Below, piece after piece: positions 60,960-64,000 of a stretch of DNA of 64,000 nt. Below the pieces are notes generated by a model that saw only the letters and a list, made by a program, of their open reading frames with translations, made no database searches and was not told the DNA's origin. The DNA comes from Actinomycetota bacterium (GTDB taxonomy: Bacteria > Actinomycetota > Acidimicrobiia > Acidimicrobiales > Acidimicrobiaceae). Positions within the stretch are counted from its first letter, which is position 1. Each line of letters starts with the position of its first letter. Both the position numbers and the translations under genes were made by a program. Location of the stretch: assembly GCA_004298555.1 (NCBI GenBank), contig SCQM01000161.1, positions 1,829 to 65,828 of the forward strand, read 5' to 3'.

Positions 60960-61046
60960 CTCTGTAGCTTAGGCAGCCGCACTAGCTGTCATCCCATCCG
61001 GGATCCTCTTCTTTTTGGACAAAGGACGGTTCAGCACCTAGACGCT

Positions 61047-61664
61047 TCAGTCGTCCCAGAATCTTTGTTCCTTCCATGGATCTCCATACATGTGATAGCC
61101 GTTTTGCTCCCAAAACCCGGGCTCATCACCGGCCATGAATTCGATCCCGCGCAGCCATTTGGCAGATTTCCAGAAATACAGCTTGGGCACGAAGAACCTG
61201 AGAGGATAGCCGTGGTCAGGCTCCAGCGGCATGCCGTCATATTCGTAAGCCAAGAGAGCAACATTGTCTCCCAGCACGTCTTCAAGAGGGAGATTCGTCG
61301 TAAAGCCGTATTCTGAGTGGCACATGATGTGTGTGGCATCGGTGTGTGCTCCAGCCATTTCATAAATGACAGAAAACGGCACTCCTTTCCACGTGGTGTC
61401 GAATTTCGACCACTTAGTTACGCAGTGGATATCAGTGGTAACCTCACGCGCAGGCAGGTCAAGGATATCTGGCCAGGAAAGAACCGATGGGTGATCCACG
61501 AGTCCGCTAATCGAAAAAGTCCATGAAGATAGGTCTTTGTATTCTGGAACACTTCCCGCATGCAAAACGGGAAATCTGTCCGTTTGATATTGACCAGGTG
61601 GAAGACGATTTGGATCGATGCCCGACTGCAAAAGCTGATACCTGTTGCGATCAAAAAACCCCAT
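61047..61664 (-). CDS. Small sulfite-oxidase-family molybdopterin-binding oxidoreductase
   Basis: 205 aa. ...TDIHCVTKWSKFDTTWKGV...GYPLRFFVP..YFWKSAKWL is typical of the Moco-binding domain, including the conserved Cys. Confidence 0.8.
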   Translation of the reverse strand: MGFFDRNRYQLLQSGIDPNRLPPGQYQTDRFPVLHAGSVPEYKDLSSWTFSISGLVDHPSVLSWPDILDLPAREVTTDIHCVTKWSKFDTTWKGVPFSVIYEMAGAHTDATHIMCHSEYGFTTNLPLEDVLGDNVALLAYEYDGMPLEPDHGYPLRFFVPKLYFWKSAKWLRGIEFMAGDEPGFWEQNGYHMYGDPWKEQRFWDD

Positions 61665-61698
61665 AGCTCATTCTACCAACCCCAGAAATCTAAATGGC

Positions 61699-62865
61699 CT
61701 AACTGAGTTGTGGAGGAACTGGTCTTCCAGCCTGTTTATAGGCAGATATGATCACGGATTTGGTGGCACTTATAAAAGATGCACTGGGTTTATCAGCAAG
61801 AAACGCAGAGAACTGATCTATTGCCCCGTTCAGATCATGGCGATCCTGAAACAGGACAAAACCGAGAAAAACGTGGGCGTCAGGATATCCCGGATCGAGA
61901 TTCACTGCTTTTTCCAAGAACTGTTGGCCTTGGCCAATCAATGCCGAGTTGTTGTCCTTTTCGCCAGCTTGGCGCAACAGCCAGCCTTGGTATGTCAAAG
62001 CAACAGGCTGATTTGGATCGACCTCCAGCACGGATGAAAGCAACTGAAGAGCCTGCACGTCCTGCCCCTGGTTGGCAAGCACTCTTGCCTTGAGAATCGT
62101 TTGGGCTTCGTTCTGTGCCTGGATCGCCGTGGCAACAAGCTGCTTTTGACTGTTATCCTGGCTCCTAAGTACCCAGATTGCCGAACCGACCCCGGCGACT
62201 ATGAGCAACATGCCAAGATAAAGAGGCCATGACCTCCTGATCCTGCCGAAGCTATTTTGCCCGCTTACTTCATCTTGACGCGCTCCGGCCAGAAATTCCT
62301 CAACCTCTGCAGCGCCTTTCTCAGCCGCATCTTCATCTTTGATCGAAATCTCCAGCTCCGGAACCAGATCCCCTACGACAGGATCATCAGCCCTATGCCG
62401 CCTGCGCCTAAAGCCAAAAAACCCAGTCAATCCCATCACTACCGCTGCGAATACAAATGGAAGCAGCACCATGATGGTGCCACCGTTTGCGGCTGGTGGA
62501 GACATGAGGATTGACGGACCATAGCTGGCTTCTAATGCATTTATTATCTGCGAGTTGCTTTCACCCGCCTTGACCTGCTTTTCCACAAAACTTCTGACTG
62601 CGAATGCGCCAGCCGTGTTCGAATCGAGAGCGGAAACCCCATCGCAACTGGGACATTTCACCTCGGATTCGATCTGAACCACGCGCTGCTGAGACGTTAC
62701 GTGGGATCCGGAGGACAGGATAGCGTAGGCAATTCCAACGGCAATAACCGCCACTACTAGAAAAAGAAGCCAATTAAGCAGCTTCACTCTGCGAATTGGT
62801 ACTGCGCCCATGTTCTCGGAATGAATTTCAGTCATCGACCTACGACCACCGCTCTTGCCTGCCAA
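61699..62865 (-). CDS. ccmH: Cytochrome c maturation protein CcmH fused to TPR (CcmI-like) domain
   Basis: 388 aa. TM, then CcmH core KCPSCDGVSALDSN...GESNSQIINALEASYGPSIL. Second and third TM segments, then a C-terminal TPR-like region. Confidence 0.8.
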   Translation of the reverse strand: MAGKSGGRRSMTEIHSENMGAVPIRRVKLLNWLLFLVVAVIAVGIAYAILSSGSHVTSQQRVVQIESEVKCPSCDGVSALDSNTAGAFAVRSFVEKQVKAGESNSQIINALEASYGPSILMSPPAANGGTIMVLLPFVFAAVVMGLTGFFGFRRRRHRADDPVVGDLVPELEISIKDEDAAEKGAAEVEEFLAGARQDEVSGQNSFGRIRRSWPLYLGMLLIVAGVGSAIWVLRSQDNSQKQLVATAIQAQNEAQTILKARVLANQGQDVQALQLLSSVLEVDPNQPVALTYQGWLLRQAGEKDNNSALIGQGQQFLEKAVNLDPGYPDAHVFLGFVLFQDRHDLNGAIDQFSAFLADKPSASFISATKSVIISAYKQAGRPVPPQLS

Positions 62866-62889
62866 TAGCGTCTGCTGGAAATTCAGACA

Positions 62890-63465
62890 CTAAAAGCCCC
62901 GGGATTTGGCTATGTCAACCAGCTGGTTCAACGAGGCAAAACTGACTGGCCCTATAATTTCTGTCAAGATAACACCGTTCGGCGCTATTAGATAGCTCTG
63001 CGGCGGCTGCGACACACCATAGGAAAGGGCGATCTGGCCATTGGGATCGCTAACAGCCTGGTAATTGGCTCCATATCGGTGAAGAAAACCTGCTGCAGAC
63101 GAATTGGTGTCGTCAAATACCACTCCTAGAACGTTGACACTGGGACTGCTGCTGGAAAACTGAACTAACGCCTTCTCTTCATCCTGGCAAGGAGAGCACC
63201 AGGATGCAAAAAAGTTCACAAGCACAAACTGACCCGAGTAGCTGCCCAGCGATACCTTTTTCCCATCCAGTGATGTTCCAGATATTGCAGGAGCTGCCTT
63301 GTTAATCAGCGGTGACGCAACGGTCTGCATGCTTACAGGCTTTCGGGTCGCAAGCAGAACCGCGAAACCGACCAGAAACAGTCCCATCACGGCAGCGATG
63401 ATGCGCACAGTCTTCTTGGGTCCGGTTTTCAGGTTTCGAGCTTTCTTCCGCAATTGGTCAGTCAC
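62890..63465 (-). CDS. ccmG: Thiol:disulfide oxidoreductase CcmG/DsbE (TlpA family)
   Basis: 191 aa. N-terminal anchor and thioredoxin motif FFASWCSPCQDE. Confidence 0.8.
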   Translation of the reverse strand: MTDQLRKKARNLKTGPKKTVRIIAAVMGLFLVGFAVLLATRKPVSMQTVASPLINKAAPAISGTSLDGKKVSLGSYSGQFVLVNFFASWCSPCQDEEKALVQFSSSSPSVNVLGVVFDDTNSSAAGFLHRYGANYQAVSDPNGQIALSYGVSQPPQSYLIAPNGVILTEIIGPVSFASLNQLVDIAKSRGF

Positions 63466-63476
63466 CTATGCCTTCC

Positions 63477-64000
63477 CTAAGGCGCTACGGGAATTTCCGG
63501 ATCTGGATCTTCCCTTTTGAGAGCAAACTCCTCTTCAACGGTCTCCAGAGGGGAAATATCCTTGGTTCCAAAGGCAGCAATTGCTGATCCTGCCGCCATC
63601 AAGCCGCCCGCGATCCAGATCCACGAGACAAGAGGCTGAATTACCACGCCAAATGTGGCTGAACCGCTGCTGTTTTGAGGCGGCAGATCCAGCGTAAGAT
63701 ACACATCATCTACAAGACCGGGCCTCACTGAAGGTGTTCCAACCACCTCGGAATTATTGCCGAATTGGGATACTTCCGGCGTGTAGCTAGCCGAGCCGTC
63801 AACTGAAATCAGAGCCTCGAGCGACGTCTTTGCCGGCGTCACCACGGTTTGCACACCATGGTATGTAAATTCATGTCCATCGAACGATGCGCTTTGCCCG
63901 GGTTTGAGGACCAGCGAAGTGCGTTGTCCGTATGAGGTTGATGAAACTAGAGCCAGGGCGATTATGGCAACTGCTATATGCACCAGCATTCCACCGTTGG
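63477..64000 (-). CDS. ccmF: Cytochrome c heme lyase subunit CcmF, C-terminal part (gene runs off window end)
   Basis: The frame stays open to the window edge. ...GHEFTYHGV...PEVSQF...GLVDDVYLTL...VIQPLVSWIWIAGGLMAAGSAIAAF matches the CcmF C-terminal periplasmic domain plus last TM. Confidence 0.8.
   Translation of the reverse strand, partial: NGGMLVHIAVAIIALALVSSTSYGQRTSLVLKPGQSASFDGHEFTYHGVQTVVTPAKTSLEALISVDGSASYTPEVSQFGNNSEVVGTPSVRPGLVDDVYLTLDLPPQNSSGSATFGVVIQPLVSWIWIAGGLMAAGSAIAAFGTKDISPLETVEEEFALKREDPDPEIPVAP

Overview
Dense, mostly minus-strand chromosomal core segment with mid-range GC (about 50-55% by eye). Marker genes suggest an Actinomycetota-like genome: PdtaS-type kinase, DUF3107, DUF3090/SCO1664 triad, PIG-L deacetylase, and the ispE-rsmA-(cell-wall hydrolase)-tatD-metG-rsmI order. 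About 60 protein genes are supported. They include the complete F1Fo ATP synthase operon preceded by tsaC-glyA-wecA. They also include translation and rRNA-modification genes, acyl-CoA metabolism (crotonase, MeaB, an IcmA-like mutase subunit, thiolase, EtfAB, FabF), a P-type ATPase, Fe-S genes (cysteine desulfurase, Mrp/ApbC, a SufR-like regulator) and part of a System I cytochrome c maturation cluster (ccmF-ccmG-ccmH). I recognised no rRNA, tRNA, CRISPR array, transposase, integrase or phage gene, so this does not look like an accessory island. There is no clear-cut novel system. The best second-look candidates are a tightly coupled DUF3107 / two half-ArsA (Get3-like) ATPases / PHP phosphatase operon with a structured leader carrying a copy of its own Shine-Dalgarno region, the phosphomutase/DUF3090/SCO1664 triad, a 2H-phosphoesterase-GNAT fusion directly after atpC, two roughly 650-bp gaps (41.8-42.5 kb and 58.2-58.9 kb), and System I Ccm genes in an actinobacterial context. 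All calls rest on reading the supplied translations and the DNA. No database search or RNA folding program was run.
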